DNA of 64,000 bases from Bacteroidaceae bacterium (GTDB taxonomy: Archaea; Thermoplasmatota; Thermoplasmata; Methanomassiliicoccales; Methanomethylophilaceae), in the NCBI GenBank assembly GCA_963656905.1, contig CAVKKO010000001.1, positions 4,476 to 68,475 of the forward strand. Reading direction: 5' to 3'. The position numbers were made by a program, and so were the translations under genes. Positions 29,115 through 39,385 of the stretch are shown in pieces. The number at the start of each line of letters is the position of its first letter. Within the stretch, counting starts at the first letter, position 1. The notes beneath the pieces were generated by a model. The model saw nothing but the letters and a program-made list of their open reading frames with translations, searched no databases and was not told where the DNA came from.

Positions 29115-29462
29115 ATGAAGACTGGTGCAGGAAAGGATGTGCAGGACGTGGCAAACGTCATCACCGCGATCGAGAGCGAGACCGTTCTGAAGAACGGCGA
29201 GCACATGACCATCAAGTCGGTGTATCTCACAACCACCGTCGGGCTGGAAGCCATCGCCTACAAGACCTGGACAAGGCCCAGCGGAGAGCTCGGCCAGGAA
29301 TGGGTCATCGGGCACGGCTTCAGGGCCGAGCGCGACGAGGACGGACAGCTCCAAGTATGGTGGGGCAACGGCAGCTACGGCTACGAGACCGAGGAAGCCG
29401 CCACGGAGCGCCTCAAGAAGGAAGGCGTGGCCTGCAGGGTCTGGAAGGAGGGGATGGAATGA
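29115..29462 (+). CDS. Hypothetical protein
   Basis: GAGGTG RBS. Confidence 0.75.
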   Translation: MKTGAGKDVQDVANVITAIESETVLKNGEHMTIKSVYLTTTVGLEAIAYKTWTRPSGELGQEWVIGHGFRAERDEDGQLQVWWGNGSYGYETEEAATERLKKEGVACRVWKEGME

Positions 29463-29851
29463 ACTCCAAGCCCGTCTACTCCATCCAGTACTGGCCTGCG
29501 CTCGGCGGAGACAGGCAGTACAAGAGCTGGAAGACCGCCAAGACTGCCATCAAGCACATCAAGGCGGTCAAGGAGGAGTTCAAGCAGATATACGGGGAGG
29601 AGTGCACCATCACGTGCGAGCACATCCCCGCACACCTGTCTTGGCACACGGGCCCTGAGTTCGTCTTCAGGCCGAGCTGGGACGAATGCGCCACGACCCC
29701 CGGCTTCCAGAAGACCGAGAGTTTCACAATGGTCGACGGCCAGCAGTGTGTCAAGGTCTACAGGAACTGCAGACATGGAAGCGACTACTACGGTATCCGC
29801 ATCGCCTCTAAGGAGGAATGGGGGCGCGTCGCTCCCTCAGCGCGCGACTGA
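29459..29851 (+). CDS. Hypothetical protein
   Basis: ATGA coupling. Confidence 0.7.
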   Translation: MNSKPVYSIQYWPALGGDRQYKSWKTAKTAIKHIKAVKEEFKQIYGEECTITCEHIPAHLSWHTGPEFVFRPSWDECATTPGFQKTESFTMVDGQQCVKVYRNCRHGSDYYGIRIASKEEWGRVAPSARD

Positions 29852-29916
29852 CGCTAGCAACCATCACTGAAACGCCTTATCAAACCTCTTCCAGAAGCAA
29901 AAAGGAGAGTACCAAA

Positions 29917-30348
29917 ATGGGAAACAGAGCAGTCATCACGACAAGAGAGAACTACGAGAACAACGGCGTGGGCATTTATGTCCACTGGAACGGAGGCATG
30001 GACTCCGTCAGGGCGTTCCTGAAGTATGCCCAGCTCCGCGGGTTCAGAGCCGGGGACTACGGATGGGCCAGGCTCGTCCAGACCATCGCCAACTTCTTCG
30101 GCGGGAACCTCAGCATCGGCATCGACACGGTCGACAAGCTCGACTGCGACAACTACGACAACGGCGTCTACCTCATCGACGATGAGTTCAACATCGTCGG
30201 ACGCCTGTTCGGCCCCGAAGAAGAGCAGGACGAGCACGACATGGCCTCGATGCTGATGGGCATCGACAAGGCCCAGCCCGAGCGCGACCGCATCCTCAAG
30301 GATGACGGAACCGTCGACGAGGACAAGGTCCAGAACATGGCCCTCTGA
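29917..30348 (+). CDS. Phage-type hypothetical protein
   Basis: MGNRAVI...IYVHWNGG...DNGVYLI motifs; AGGAG RBS. Confidence 0.8.
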   Translation: MGNRAVITTRENYENNGVGIYVHWNGGMDSVRAFLKYAQLRGFRAGDYGWARLVQTIANFFGGNLSIGIDTVDKLDCDNYDNGVYLIDDEFNIVGRLFGPEEEQDEHDMASMLMGIDKAQPERDRILKDDGTVDEDKVQNMAL

Positions 30349-30443
30349 CATCAGGCTCACAACCAACAGGTGTTTATACTCTCAAAGTATACGCCAATCA
30401 AACCCCTTCGAAACCGTTTCAAAAGACCAAGGAGGAATCATAC

Positions 30444-30665
30444 ATGGATATGAACGACAGAGAGAAGCTCATGAGAACGATTTACCTGGCACGCAGGCGC
30501 CAGGCGGACAAGCTGGAGGCGCTCGGATCCCCCGCGCGCAACCGCGAGTTCATGAACGGGTACGAGGAGGCGCTGGACGACATATGCCGCGCCTACGGCC
30601 TCGTCTACGAGTCGGTCATCGACCCGGAGGCGTGGGAGGATGCAGGCGAGGAGGTGCCGGAATGA
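30444..30665 (+). CDS. Hypothetical protein
   Basis: GGAGG RBS. Confidence 0.7.
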   Translation: MDMNDREKLMRTIYLARRRQADKLEALGSPARNREFMNGYEEALDDICRAYGLVYESVIDPEAWEDAGEEVPE

Positions 30666-30988
30666 GCAAGGCCTGGGAGTACCTCGCAGGGGGCCGCGTC
30701 TTCGAGACCAAGGAGGATGCGGCTCTGTTCCTCGTGAACACCGAGGTCCCGATGGCCGCCTGGGCCGCCATGAAGGCCCTGGGCATCGACGGATCGGACA
30801 GGCTCGCAGCCATGCGCCTGTCCGATGTCCTGGACAAGCACATGGACAAGACGGGCAAGCACGAGCTGTTCCTGGAGGCCTACACGGCGCTAGGCGGACA
30901 CGCGATATTCACCCGCCTGGAGGACCTGCCCAAGGAGGACGATGGCGTGCTGGGCACCCGCATGGTCGGGGTCCGCATCCTCAAGTGA
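30662..30988 (+). CDS. Hypothetical protein
   Basis: ATGA coupling. Confidence 0.7.
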   Translation: MSKAWEYLAGGRVFETKEDAALFLVNTEVPMAAWAAMKALGIDGSDRLAAMRLSDVLDKHMDKTGKHELFLEAYTALGGHAIFTRLEDLPKEDDGVLGTRMVGVRILK

Positions 30989-31065
30989 CGCTAGCAACCA
31001 TCCTCGGCGCGCATACGCGCGCCCTAAACCCTTTCGAAACAGCTTAGACCAACGGAGGTAACACA

Positions 31066-31737
31066 ATGAGTTACAGGCAAGTTCTAGGAAACAGCACAAA
31101 GATGAAGATGACCGAGGCCCAGCACCCCGGCAACATCTTCAGGAACTTCAGCATCTCGGCCCAGCCGGGAGTGTGCAGGTTCTGCACGTTCTGCGACGCA
31201 TGCTACACCAGGTCGGGGCGCATGGCCCTGGACACGGCCCAGCAGTCCTACCGCGAGAACCTGGAGATGGCCCGCGACGGGTCGCTCTGGGAGCGCCTGG
31301 AGCCGGAGCTTCAGGCTCTGGAGCGCAAGGCCGCCAGAGAAGGCAAGCAGGTGCGCATCAGGGTCCACGACACAGGGGACTACTTCAGCAAGGCCTATCT
31401 CAAGGCATGGCTGGACACCGCCGAGGCGCACCCGTCCGTCACATTCTACAGCTACACCAAGGCCGTAGGATGGGTCAAGCAGGCCCAGGATGCCGGGGAG
31501 GTCCCGGAGAACCATCGGTTCGTGTTCAGCATGGGCACGACCCAGGAGCTTCTGATAGACCCGTCCGACAGGGTCGCGGCGATATTCGGGGCAGAGCGCG
31601 CCGTTCCGCCCGGCTGGAGCGACGGCAGCCACGATGACTATTGGGCCAGCGAGCCTGCGGGGAATGTGCTCCTCAGATACCACGGCCCCAAGGCCAAGGC
31701 GTTCGAGGCCCTCCCGTCCTGGATGGTGATGGCATGA
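31066..31737 (+). CDS. GP88-like protein (radical-SAM-like Cys motif)
   Basis: CRFCTFCDACY, RIRVHDTGDYFS, FYSYTK. Confidence 0.75.
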   Translation: MSYRQVLGNSTKMKMTEAQHPGNIFRNFSISAQPGVCRFCTFCDACYTRSGRMALDTAQQSYRENLEMARDGSLWERLEPELQALERKAAREGKQVRIRVHDTGDYFSKAYLKAWLDTAEAHPSVTFYSYTKAVGWVKQAQDAGEVPENHRFVFSMGTTQELLIDPSDRVAAIFGAERAVPPGWSDGSHDDYWASEPAGNVLLRYHGPKAKAFEALPSWMVMA

Positions 31738-32249
31738 CCGCCAGCATCACCTCCAGGCTCATGGCCGTCCATCTGGACCTCGACCCTAGAGATCCCCATG
31801 TCAGATGCATCGGGGATGCGGTCATCGTCCAGAAGGACCGCATGGACGCGGACGTGTACACGCTGAACGCCGAAGGCGGCATCAGCCATCAGCACGTCGC
31901 AGGCGATGCCTACGCGATGCTGGAGCATCTCGACCCGGCAGGGGAGAGGGAGGTCAGGACCGCCGAGCAGGTATGCCTGTACGGCCCGGACATGCTCATG
32001 GGCTGGGACACGTTCAGATGGGCCGTCTACGGCCTGTACTGCGAGGACTACTTCAGGACGCACGAGGACGGCATGGCTCCGGCGTGCTTCAGCGAGTTCC
32101 TGAGCAACGACTACCTGGACTACGACGCCATGCACGACCTGTTCAGTCTGCCCGGGCACTCCCTGTATTTCGAGTGCTGGGAGGATGACCCGGAGGTCCT
32201 GCTGGCCGATTGGGATGTGTACATGGAGACACGCACCTGGGAGGACTGA
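31734..32249 (+). CDS. Acidic hypothetical protein
   Basis: ATGA coupling. Confidence 0.7.
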   Translation: MTASITSRLMAVHLDLDPRDPHVRCIGDAVIVQKDRMDADVYTLNAEGGISHQHVAGDAYAMLEHLDPAGEREVRTAEQVCLYGPDMLMGWDTFRWAVYGLYCEDYFRTHEDGMAPACFSEFLSNDYLDYDAMHDLFSLPGHSLYFECWEDDPEVLLADWDVYMETRTWED

Positions 32250-32341
32250 CGCTACTACCGACAAGTAATATATACTCCGAGAGTATATACTACTCCAAAC
32301 ACCTTTCCTAAACCTTTTCGAAACCAAAGGAGAAATCGAAA

Positions 32342-33058
32342 ATGTCAGCAAATCTGATATCAAACGAGCAGCTTGAAGAAATCGTCAAAGCCGAAGCCGC
32401 CAAGCACGGCTTCACAGATGCGGATGCACGCTTCGTGTCCATCGCAGAGTTCAAGGTCAGGTGGACCAGGAGCGACAAATGGATATCCATGGACTTCAGC
32501 GACTACCTGCGCGTCATCTCGCTCACGGCCCTCAAGGACCTGGTCGCAGAGACCCTCCGGGGCATCAAGACCGGAGGCAAGCCTCAGTACGGCGCGGCGC
32601 TCCGCCGCTCTGTCGGGGCCAAGAAGTTCCTGAAGGCCAACCAGGACAAGCACCTGACCAGGCTCAAGCTGTGCCACCACACCGAATACGAGAACGTGCC
32701 GAGCCTCTACGAAGCCTACCGCAGGGTCATCGACAAGGGCCTTCTGGAGCATGACCCGGACTTCAGGATGGCCTGGAAGGCCTGGCCTGTGGCCGAGATG
32801 CCTTTCAAGGCCAGCGGAGTGTTCAAGACCGCCGTCTTCAACACCAGCCTGTTCATGGATGCGGAGGGCGGCCCCGTGAAGACGGACGATGACTGCCTGG
32901 ACTACCTGGTCTACTGCGCCGCCCTCCAGGCGGGCCGCCTGCTCCCGACCGAGGAGGAGGTCGAGGAGATGAAGGTCCTGGCAGAATCCTACCCGGGCAG
33001 GGGCGCCATCCTGGCGAAGCTCGACGCGATGGGAATCAATGGGAGGGTGTTCGAATGA
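32342..33058 (+). CDS. YgjP/DUF45-like protein lacking HExxH
   Basis: EFKVRWTRSDKWISMDFSDYL, YRRVIDKGLLEHDPD, LDYLVYCAALQ. Confidence 0.65.
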   Translation: MSANLISNEQLEEIVKAEAAKHGFTDADARFVSIAEFKVRWTRSDKWISMDFSDYLRVISLTALKDLVAETLRGIKTGGKPQYGAALRRSVGAKKFLKANQDKHLTRLKLCHHTEYENVPSLYEAYRRVIDKGLLEHDPDFRMAWKAWPVAEMPFKASGVFKTAVFNTSLFMDAEGGPVKTDDDCLDYLVYCAALQAGRLLPTEEEVEEMKVLAESYPGRGAILAKLDAMGINGRVFE

Positions 33059-33357
33059 AGTACATCGTCAACGGCAGGACCCGCAACCAGGCCCAGGACG
33101 CGGCATTCGCGTTCCTGGACCTCCCGGAGAGGATGCGCCACGACATCGTCAGGGAGGTGCTGGAATGGGCCGGGGTCACCTCCTCCCCCCTGGCAGGAGA
33201 CGCTCCGATCGAGTGGCTGGTAGAGCTGCTCACCTGCTCGGACTGCGGCGAGGATTTCATCCTGGCCGCGCTCGGCAGGATGGAGGCGGCCGCCAAGAAG
33301 ACAGGCAAGGACACAGGCACAGGCGGGCTCTTCGTCCGCCCGGAGGGAGACGAATGA
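33055..33357 (+). CDS. Hypothetical protein
   Basis: ATGA coupling. Confidence 0.7.
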   Translation: MKYIVNGRTRNQAQDAAFAFLDLPERMRHDIVREVLEWAGVTSSPLAGDAPIEWLVELLTCSDCGEDFILAALGRMEAAAKKTGKDTGTGGLFVRPEGDE

Positions 33358-33731
33358 CTGACGTGCCGAACACCGGGATGCTCATATCCATCTGCATCCT
33401 GGGGACCCGCCTCTGCAGGACCGCCGAGCCGTCCGACTACTTCGAGATGGATGACTGCGTGGTGGTCCGTCGCAAGGCCCACACGCCCCCGGTCTTCGAC
33501 ATCTTCATGATGGACGAGGAGTCGAACATCTATGAGGCGTCCTACTCCCCCGCCAGCAAGGAGATCGCAGAAACCTGTGGCAAGCTCCTCCTGATGGGCC
33601 TCTCGCCCGTCGGCTGCTGGCTGGACGAGGGCGGCGTCCCAGTGTCCATCGGGAACGCGTACCCGGTCATGCACGCTGACGAGGTCCTGCGTGCCATAGG
33701 CCCCGGATACACCGTCGGATGGCACGACTGA
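33354..33731 (+). CDS. Hypothetical protein
   Basis: ATGA coupling. Confidence 0.65.
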   Translation: MTDVPNTGMLISICILGTRLCRTAEPSDYFEMDDCVVVRRKAHTPPVFDIFMMDEESNIYEASYSPASKEIAETCGKLLLMGLSPVGCWLDEGGVPVSIGNAYPVMHADEVLRAIGPGYTVGWHD

Positions 33732-33816
33732 ACCTATGGGGATATATACTCTCGGTGTATATCCATGCATAAACACCCTTCCCAAACCTTTTCGAAACCA
33801 AAAGGAGACAAGAGAT

Positions 33817-34434
33817 ATGTACAAGCTCATCACGAAGGACAAGAAGACCGCACGCTGGACCGCCGTCAAGGCCGTCGAGTCCGATATCATCGGCCAGCAC
33901 CTCTACAACTACATCGCCGCCCAGCCGCTCAGGCTGAGGGGCGCGATGCTGCAGAGCATCGCCAAGGACTACATCCAGATGCGCAAGGAGAGCGGCGAGG
34001 GCCGGGAGGACGCCGAGGGCGAGCTGATGGCCCGCCTGCCCGTGGACGTCATCGCCGACGTGCTGGACTGGAGATTGGAGAACCCCGGGGGCGATGAGCC
34101 TGAGGGGCTGCCCCTGCGCCTGCTCGCCGCGTTCAGGGCCCACCCCTCCCCTGCGTTCAGGCTCGTCTGGACAGACGACCATTGCCCCCACGAGCACATG
34201 ACCCTGGACGTCATCAAGGAGGACGGCTCCGGGCTGGAGCAGATGACCTTCTGCCTGCCGACCATAGCTCTCGGCTGCGAGAACGTGGCCGAAGCCATCT
34301 CCGACTACGACAAGGTCTACGGGACGTATCTGGGCAGGCTCGCCTTCAGGTCCCTGTACATCGCCAAGGCGCACGCAGGGGCGTTCATCGACGCGGCGGA
34401 CATACTGAACCTGGAGCTGGAGGACAGGCTCTGA
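33817..34434 (+). CDS. Hypothetical protein
   Basis: AGGAG RBS. Confidence 0.75.
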   Translation: MYKLITKDKKTARWTAVKAVESDIIGQHLYNYIAAQPLRLRGAMLQSIAKDYIQMRKESGEGREDAEGELMARLPVDVIADVLDWRLENPGGDEPEGLPLRLLAAFRAHPSPAFRLVWTDDHCPHEHMTLDVIKEDGSGLEQMTFCLPTIALGCENVAEAISDYDKVYGTYLGRLAFRSLYIAKAHAGAFIDAADILNLELEDRL

Positions 34435-34484
34435 AACCATTCATGCCCGGGATCCCGGGCATATCCTTCAAAGAGGTGTCAAGA

Positions 34485-34982
34485 ATGTATCAGATAATAC
34501 TATGCAAGACAGACGGGAACATAGAGAACCCCTTCTTCTACGACCTGTACGCGGATGCGAAGGCGAAGGGGCAGGAGATGTGGGATGCCATCGTCAAGGG
34601 CCGCGACCTCAGGTACTCAGGGGCGCACGTCATCTGCGACGGCAAGACGCTCTGCTCCTGGACCCTCGGCTCCGAGACCGCCCGCGAGCTCAAGTTCTTC
34701 GATACCCGCACCGGGTACCGCTACGACCGCGAGACCGCCTCCGGGCTGCTCGCCCACAGGTACTCGCGCTGGCAGTTCAGGGTGGACCTCTCCGAGGAGT
34801 TCGGCTCCATCAAGCTGGGCCGCCTCGGCCTGGAGTTCTCCGCAGGCACCGTCCTCTGGGCGTTCCCGGAGGAGTTCGAGTACGCCTACAAGAGCGAGCT
34901 GCTCAGGATGATGGAGGAGATCGAGAAGGACGGCGCGGAATACTGCAACATCACCCTGGCAGAGGAATGGTGGGACCAATGA
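34485..34982 (+). CDS. Hypothetical protein
   Basis: GAGGTG RBS. Confidence 0.75.
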   Translation: MYQIILCKTDGNIENPFFYDLYADAKAKGQEMWDAIVKGRDLRYSGAHVICDGKTLCSWTLGSETARELKFFDTRTGYRYDRETASGLLAHRYSRWQFRVDLSEEFGSIKLGRLGLEFSAGTVLWAFPEEFEYAYKSELLRMMEEIEKDGAEYCNITLAEEWWDQ

Positions 34983-35272
34983 AGGCGAGAGTCAGAGGGG
35001 CAAGGAACGTGGCCACGGAGATGCGCCATGTCCCCAGAGGATTCCATGTCGAAGTCTGGTCGTACAAGGACGAGAAGGGAGATGTGCAGCTCTACACGAG
35101 CGAGTACCTCTCGCAGAACTCCTGGACCATCAACCACCCAGAGGGCGAGCGCAGGCTGGACGAGCACATCTATGATGTGCGCGTCGAGTACGCCTACGAC
35201 CACGTGACCCTGGAGCGCATCCTCAAGGAGGCGGCGCACAGGGCATGGCCCGAGGTGGAGTTCACGGCCTGA
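34979..35272 (+). CDS. Hypothetical protein
   Basis: ATGA coupling. Confidence 0.7.
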   Translation: MKARVRGARNVATEMRHVPRGFHVEVWSYKDEKGDVQLYTSEYLSQNSWTINHPEGERRLDEHIYDVRVEYAYDHVTLERILKEAAHRAWPEVEFTA

Positions 35273-35348
35273 ACCCCACGAAGGGATGCCCCCTAGGGGC
35301 GCCCCGGCAAACCCTTTATACATTCAGAGTATACACAGGAGAGATACA

Positions 35349-35657
35349 ATGGGTATCAACGGAGAGATGCAAGAGATGAGAGCAGAGCAGGCCGCCAAGG
35401 AGAAGGAGGCCATGGAGCAGGCGCGCATCGAACGCCATGCGGAGCGCATCGCACGCGAGCAGGCCAAGGCCTTCATCGTGGAGGCGATGGTGCACGAGTG
35501 CAGGGACAGAGGGCCTTCGGAGCCAGAGGAGTACGACAAGGGGTTCCACGACGGCTACACCTCCTGCCTGATGGACCTGGCGAGAGAGAACGGCTTGAGC
35601 TGGGCGAAGCTGGCGGATGATGCGCTCCGGGAGCTGGGGCTGTACAGATGCCCGTGA
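35349..35657 (+). CDS. Hypothetical protein
   Basis: AGGAG RBS. Confidence 0.7.
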   Translation: MGINGEMQEMRAEQAAKEKEAMEQARIERHAERIAREQAKAFIVEAMVHECRDRGPSEPEEYDKGFHDGYTSCLMDLARENGLSWAKLADDALRELGLYRCP

Positions 35658-35848
35658 AACTGACACCCAAAGAGGTCCTGGACCTCACGCGGATAGGCGC
35701 AGGCGCAGAGCTGCTCATGACAGGCGACGTGAGCAAGGAGACGGCGGACAGGTACTGGACAGCATACCGCCGGTGGCTGGAAGAAGCCGGGCTGGACGCA
35801 GACGAATGGATGCGGATGCTCGCAGACCCTTGGCGGCTCTTGAGGTGA
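35648..35848 (+). CDS. Hypothetical protein
   Basis: Overlapping last gene of the block. Confidence 0.65.
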   Translation: MPVKLTPKEVLDLTRIGAGAELLMTGDVSKETADRYWTAYRRWLEEAGLDADEWMRMLADPWRLLR

Positions 35849-35880
35849 GCCGCCGCCAAACCTCTTCCCCTTTCTCGACC

Positions 35881-36022
35881 TACCAAGAAATTTGTCATCT
35901 ACAACTTTTTTGGTAGGTCGATCATCTACCACAAAACAAGTAACCTACCAATTTTTTGGTAGGTCGGCTCCGGGGCACGACTTACCACAAAACAAGTAAC
36001 CTACCAATTTTTTGGTAGGTCG
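35881..36022. repeat. Three 40-bp direct repeats containing the palindrome CCTACCAA-TTTT-TTGGTAGG
   Basis: Identical copies at 35927-35966 and 35983-36022; degenerate copy at 35881-35920. Confidence 0.9.
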
Positions 36023-38058
36023 ATCGCGGGGGAACGGCGGAACGCCGAGTGAACGGCGCTCCAAAGGGGCCTTTTGACCGTTTTTCCCGTCCTCTCCCCC
36101 TCTCCCGCCCCTCTCCCCCTGCCTCCGGACCCTGTCGTTCCCAGGGTGGGGTTGAACAGGATTTGAACAAGAAGGTAGGTGTGCACCGTGCTAACACGTA
36201 GCATACATCCAACGGTGGCGGGTGAGTCAGTTCTTCTATATGAAAACAGGTGGTATTTTGAGTGTTTTTGTTCTTTTTCAGACAAAAATACTTGAATGCC
36301 CGGTAAAAGTGTCATCTTAACACGAATGTGAAAATTCGTGCTATTTTTAAACGACATTACGGCACAACGGGTGACATAATGCGCTTTAAAATGTCCGATA
36401 TCAGACTGTTAATAAGAATCCGACAAATAAAAAGTAATACATTTCGAAAGATTGTCGGAAAATGTATATAAACGCCGATTATTTTTTCAGCAAGTATTAA
36501 ATACCAACCTTAAGTTGCATCCAACCGTTTCTCGTAGGATTTCTACGAATTTCGAAATCGGTAATCAGCATACCAAAATCTTACCTATTTAGGAGAGCCT
36601 ATATTGCAGTTCTGCAATCATCCAACTCGCAGGAAACGCACAGAATCGGCGAAAAACGGGCGATTCGCGGCATTCTGCGACGACCGAGGCGGCGCCGGGA
36701 TCCGTTCGAAGAGACGCACGGAAACGGCTCTAGAATCGACGAAGGCGCATCGAGAGGTGCCGGGACAGCTACCATACCTGCAGAATCGCTTCTACGGGGC
36801 TTCTAGACGGCAAGAATCGCATTTCCCCTCATCGCAGTCGGGGAGCTGCCGCCTACGCGTCACACGTACTATTACGCGCGCGTAATTATTACGCGAGCAC
36901 GAGCGGCGCCGTTTTTCGACCGATATATCGTGTGGTACTGTGGTCACTTCTCCCTTATTCCACGCCAGAAAACATGGTGTACATACATATTCAGCTCTAC
37001 GTTTCTTAAATTGCTCGTTGGTCGATTGATTTTTATACTAGTGGTTTTTCCCTCCCAAAATAGTTAGATTTGTCTAACTTTTTTTCCGGAATGACAACTC
37101 TTTTGGTAGCTACCAATTTTTTGGTAGGTCACATCCATACATACCGACATTACCCCGCATATTCCTACCACATCCCCATCTCCCCCCTTCTCTATTTCAA
37201 AAAACCCCCTTTCTTTCTAAAATAATGTATATACATCCCCATCCGAAACATACTCGCCCATACATATTCACCTTAATATCAAAACGCTCTCAATGCACAA
37301 ATATGTCCACCAAAAAAATTGTAGCTACCAAAAAACTGGTAGCTCCTCGACCCCTTCTATCTCCCCGATCTCTCCGTTTTCTCCCCTTGTTTTCCCCTTC
37401 CTGAGGGAATTTTTAATCATCCAACCTCTCCCCTCTTTTTGACCCTCTGTCTAACTCCGACGTTCTATCTCACATACCGGACGGGGTATGGTCGGAATAT
37501 GTAGGTGCCACTTTTGGGTACCACATTTTTCGGCTTCTGATATTAACCGTTTGCGAAAATCTGTCACAAATCACTCTAAGTTTTTTAGACCTCGTTTATT
37601 TATAACTTTCGCAAAAATCCAACTCGTTTAAATACTCCGCTTTCGGTAATATTTGCCCGAAATATTACCTAGCCCTTTTCCCTCCCTCCCCCTCGCCATC
37701 CTCGGAATCCGCCCTCAGACCGCCCCGATACGCCAAGAAACACCCTCCATCCCCATCCGAAACGCAGGAAAACCGCCCGAATCTGCTCAGCGGCGCCAGC
37801 CTCGTCGACGGGAGACGCAGTCCCCGGAGACGATGCGCCAGCCGCTGCATGGATGATATCCGGTGATTTCTATCCATTGTCTTCCCTCCCTCCATCAGAC
37901 CCATCCAACTCGAACCATACCCCCGGGGGGTATCCTTTCAGCCTCTTCTCCCTCCATGCAGGCCGGGCGTCCGATCGGGCATGCTCGATATCCCGTTCTC
38001 CCCTACCTGCATACTCTCAAAGTAAATCTATATATAGCTCCCCGTCTATCTCCTCATC

Positions 38059-38571
38059 ATGGACCAAAGAGAGTCTATCGGCTCGCCGAGAGGCGAGGAC
38101 ACTAGAGGAGCGAAGACGATGTGCGCCCTTTGCGGGGAGCAGCCCGTCGCAGGAGGCCCCGACGCCCTCCTGGGCGAGCCCCTGTGCAGGGGCCCCGTCT
38201 GCAGATGGTGCTACGAGACGAGAGTGGAGCCTGCGCGCAGGCATGCCGACGGCGGGAGCTGGGCGGCGCACGGCGCATGGGCCCTCAGGACGCCCGAGGG
38301 CAGGCTGGTCATCGGCGCCACGGCGGACGAGCTCGTCATGGGCATGATGGACAACGGGTACTTCGGGACGGCCCCGGCGTCGTCGGACGAGGGGGCGGAG
38401 GCGGACATCGACGCCGTAGAGAGATGCATAAAGGCCGCGGAGACGTCGCCTCGGGGCAGGCCCATCGAGGTCGGGGCGTTCGGCAGGCGGTACGTCATAC
38501 CATGGTACGGCCCTGCGCTGCTGTCGGGGCCGAGAGGCGTGGTGCAGACGGTGGAGAGGGTGATGCCATGA
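38059..38571 (+). CDS. CxxC hypothetical protein, first gene of the middle operon
   Basis: TATA-like CTATATATAG about 25 nt upstream; CALC...CRWC. Confidence 0.65.
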   Translation: MDQRESIGSPRGEDTRGAKTMCALCGEQPVAGGPDALLGEPLCRGPVCRWCYETRVEPARRHADGGSWAAHGAWALRTPEGRLVIGATADELVMGMMDNGYFGTAPASSDEGAEADIDAVERCIKAAETSPRGRPIEVGAFGRRYVIPWYGPALLSGPRGVVQTVERVMP

Positions 38572-39059
38572 GCTACAGGCCCGGAGACCCCGTCCGCGCC
38601 GCGGGGAGCAGCGCCGCCGGCGCGGCGATGGACGCGTGCGAGTCCGCCCAGAAGCTCTGCCTGATGGGCCATCCGCGCAGCGCCCTGGTCTGGTCCCACG
38701 TGGCCCGTGCGGCCCTGGACGAGCTGGACGCCGTGCTGGAGGGCCTCGTCGGGGAGGATGACGGGGAGAGCTCAGAGCCCGAGCGTCCCTCGAAGAGCCC
38801 CTTCGAGGACCCTGCGAGGGACCCTCTGGACAAGGTCATGAGCCATCCCGAGGACCTGCCCGGCAGGCTCGTGCAGGACGTGGAAGAGCAGTATGGCGTC
38901 GCGTTCTACGTGCTGAAGAAGTCCGCCGAGAACGTCAAAGAGAACGACCTGCATATCGGCTTCCAGAGAGCAATCCTGCGCAGCCTTGCCAGGCATATAG
39001 AGGGCACTCTGGAGAGGACCGACGCGAAGATGCTCGAAGAGATAGGAAAGGAGGAATGA
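38568..39059 (+). CDS. Hypothetical protein
   Basis: ATGA coupling; C-terminal half is similar to the next gene. Confidence 0.7.
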   Translation: MSYRPGDPVRAAGSSAAGAAMDACESAQKLCLMGHPRSALVWSHVARAALDELDAVLEGLVGEDDGESSEPERPSKSPFEDPARDPLDKVMSHPEDLPGRLVQDVEEQYGVAFYVLKKSAENVKENDLHIGFQRAILRSLARHIEGTLERTDAKMLEEIGKEE

Positions 39060-39385
39060 GGATGACGAAGAAGAACAATGGAAAGAACGCTGCAGATGGG
39101 CTTTTGGAGGACATCGCCGAGGGCCTGGACCCTGTGTCCAAAATCATGATGCTCTGCCCGGACAGGCTGTCCGACGAGCTCGTGAGGAAGCTGGATGCGA
39201 AGTACGGTGCCACGCTCTTCATGATGGAGTCCTGCGTCAGGGACGTCAAGGCCCGCGATGGGAAGGATGACCCCTACGCCATAGGCGCCACGAGGGCCAT
39301 GCTGCGCTTCCTCGCCAAGCACATAGAGGTCGTCCTGAAGGAGACGGATGCGATGGTCCTTGCCGAGACGGAGGAGGGGGAATGA
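39056..39385 (+). CDS. Hypothetical protein
   Basis: ATGA coupling. Confidence 0.75.
   Translation: MRMTKKNNGKNAADGLLEDIAEGLDPVSKIMMLCPDRLSDELVRKLDAKYGATLFMMESCVRDVKARDGKDDPYAIGATRAMLRFLAKHIEVVLKETDAMVLAETEEGE

Noticed and set aside
27917..35348. True integron with attC sites
   Set aside because: No tyrosine recombinase in the window, and the spacers lack RYYYAAC/GTTRRRY ends.
35881..36022. Mini-CRISPR array
   Set aside because: Gaps between the 40-bp repeats are only 6 and 16 nt, and there are no cas genes.
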